Below are positions 61,950-64,000 of a stretch of 64,000 nucleotides of DNA, piece after piece (within the stretch, counting starts at the first letter, position 1; each line of letters opens with the position of its first letter). This stretch comes from Balanoglossus misakiensis (Eukaryota; Animalia; Hemichordata). The DNA lies in the NCBI GenBank assembly GCA_040954595.2, contig CM082588.2:11483398-11547397 (forward strand). Reading direction: 5' to 3'. Under the pieces are notes generated by a model, which was not told the origin of the DNA, made no database searches, and worked only from the letters and a program-made list of their open reading frames with translations. Made by a program: the position numbers and the translations under genes.

Positions 61950-63325
61950 TGATACCATTGAATTTGCACCCCTCAGAGCATAGTGGAATGACCCCGCCTA
62001 TATCGTATATTTGATACATTTTTGATTACTGACTTTACCTGTTTATTGTGATTACGCAATTGAAGTAGTCCGCAGGTGTTGACTGTATTTCTTGTGAGGT
62101 ATTCGATTTCGAGTTATGATGTTTCTGTATGAAAGCTCTTTTATTGTTATTGATCGAATATTTGCTACTGGAAAGTTGAATTTGTTCCGTCCAGGCAGTA
62201 CCGCGTGTATTCAGTCAAAGGTTTGGCGGGTGTAATACGGCGATGAACTAGTGAGTAAAAAGGGAACTTTTTAATATGGCCGTTGTCCGATTGTATTGAC
62301 GAGAGTGGAATCTCCACAAAAATCCGAACCATCGGCAGAATCGTACGGCGAAATTGCATCTAGAATGGGAATCGAGGAGAGCCGGATGTTAACTAACATT
62401 ATTTGAGCTAGTCTTCGTGAGATCCCTACGTAAGAAGCATTTCATCGACTATTTCGAACGACAGGTCTGCTGTACCTGAACGAACCATTGTTATTGTCAC
62501 GCTGATTACTGAGACACCGATCGCCGAGATCCAACGATTACGGGTACTCGCGCAGGTTTCTCAACGTCGATGCTTCACGAACTGAAAGCTGATGTAAGTA
62601 CGATCTCATTAACGCTAATCATGTAAAATCGGACTGGATTTGATAAACTTACGGCCTTTCTAGGTTCTTCGAACCACGGCGTGTGGGGAATGCAATGAGC
62701 CGCATTGTATGACCCCCAACGTCTACAAACTTTGAACGAATCATATACGAGCAGGAACACTCGACCCTACGATCGATTTGCCGATCACGGAACTGATCAG
62801 CGCTTCGTCATCAAGCTCCGCTTTACGCCTGGATACACTCGGAGCGTTTGCGACGAGCGAACTTTGAGATATTTGCATTGATTGTTAGAGGATTCTCTTC
62901 GTTGGATTTTGGAAGCGGATCGACGCGACTGTTGAGTGCGGGACAGCGCCCTCATCGCCAGAACTCGATTGTGCGTCACGTTCGTTTATAAACTGTTGAA
63001 CTTTGACCGGACTCGCGGCAGGTTGTGCCACGCCAGTTTTCTTCAGGAAGGTGTTACTTGTTAATGAAACAGGTTTTGATAGAGCTCTTGTTACATCTCT
63101 GATGTTGATAGACTTACTATTAATTATACTTCTTTCATTGGATATAAAGTGTCTTTGTGTCATTTTGTCCACACCCCCTTCACTCGCCCTGTGTTCCCAA
63201 AGCTACCGCAATCACCACGAATCCTACGACCCAACTCACATGAACGAAACTTGTTGATTACCCTTGTCGAGTTTGCTCACGCCCAGCTAGCCCATCGTTT
63301 TTATTGGAATTTTGAAAGGGGAACA
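61950..63325 (+). repeat. Gypsy B LTR3 (1376 bp)
   Basis: Matches LTR1; ends GGGAACA followed by the TSD CTAA. Confidence 0.96.
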
Positions 63326-64000
63326 CTAACATACGCTAGTATCTGTCATATTGTGACGGAGATTTAGCCGAGCCAGGCCGTAGAAAAATCGACTTGTTCA
63401 ACGTTACCAGTGTGCAACTGTTTCTGCTCTAGAGTGTCAGGGTTTTAGCCGACTTATGCTGTAGGAAATCTGAGTTGATGAACGGGAATTCAATGTTAGA
63501 AAACCCGTGTGGAAAGTATCTCTACCCGTTTGAATCTAAGAAAAGAATTTATTCTTATTTAATTTGTAAAAAAGACAATTTTTCGAAAAAAAGTCGAAAA
63601 TGGAAATTTTGTCTTGGGTGATTCAAATTATACCGCCTTTTCTGGAATTTGCAGCACTTTTTACAAGAGAACGACACTTCATGCTCCATAATATTTCCGA
63701 AAATGAAGAAAAGAGTTAATTTTTTATGATTTTTTAAAAATTTACCATTTTTGTCAAAATATGGCCAAAATGGCTATTTTTTCTTGAATTCCATCAATAT
63801 CTCTGCATTTTTGGAGTGGTCGAAAGTTGTAACATACAATCAACATGTCATATATGATCAGGGCACCAAATTCGAAGAACAAAGGTTTTTTTGTTTTTTT
63901 TTTCTAAAAATGACATTTTCAAGGAAAATTTGGTAAAACGCAATTTTGTCTGCAGTGAGCAACATTAGACGGTCTTCTGTGGAATTTGTATCGATATATA
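63326..64000 (+). repeat. Composite macrosatellite array, segment 4 (continues beyond the window)
   Basis: Resumes the 81-bp monomer broken at 36931; unit anchor at 63509. Confidence 0.97.

Larger units (their letters stand above)
36932..63325 (+). mobile_element. Ty3/Gypsy element B as a tandem dimer (LTR1-int1-LTR2-int2-LTR3)
   Basis: A single 4-bp TSD CTAA (36928-36931 / 63326-63329) flanks three 1376-bp LTRs and two near-identical internal regions. Confidence 0.97.

Overview
Eukaryotic (metazoan, probably invertebrate) heterochromatin-like window with no host genes. The backbone is a head-to-tail composite macrosatellite (11 complete and 2 partial units, about 1.55-3.0 kb each). Each unit has about 3 diverged AT-rich ~340-bp subunits, a C-run, a ~210-bp linker and 5-23 GC-rich 81-bp monomers. 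The array is interrupted by: (i) the right end of a probable Academ-like DNA transposon (1-1317); (ii) an integrase-deleted BEL/Pao element (15675-19694); (iii) a decayed minus-strand Ty3/Gypsy element A (24276-32044); (iv) a tandem LTR-int-LTR-int-LTR Gypsy element B (36932-63325). The shared middle LTR of B carries a nested, very young Gypsy element C (46328-54397). TSDs, LTRs and PBSs are directly visible for all four LTR families. I see no clearly new biological system. The most interesting leads are protein motifs: PAM2 (PABP-binding) motifs and a CENP-C/foamy-Gag-like R-x4-P-x2-Y motif in the integrase tails, and an RRM at the Gag N-terminus of element C. All counts were made by eye.
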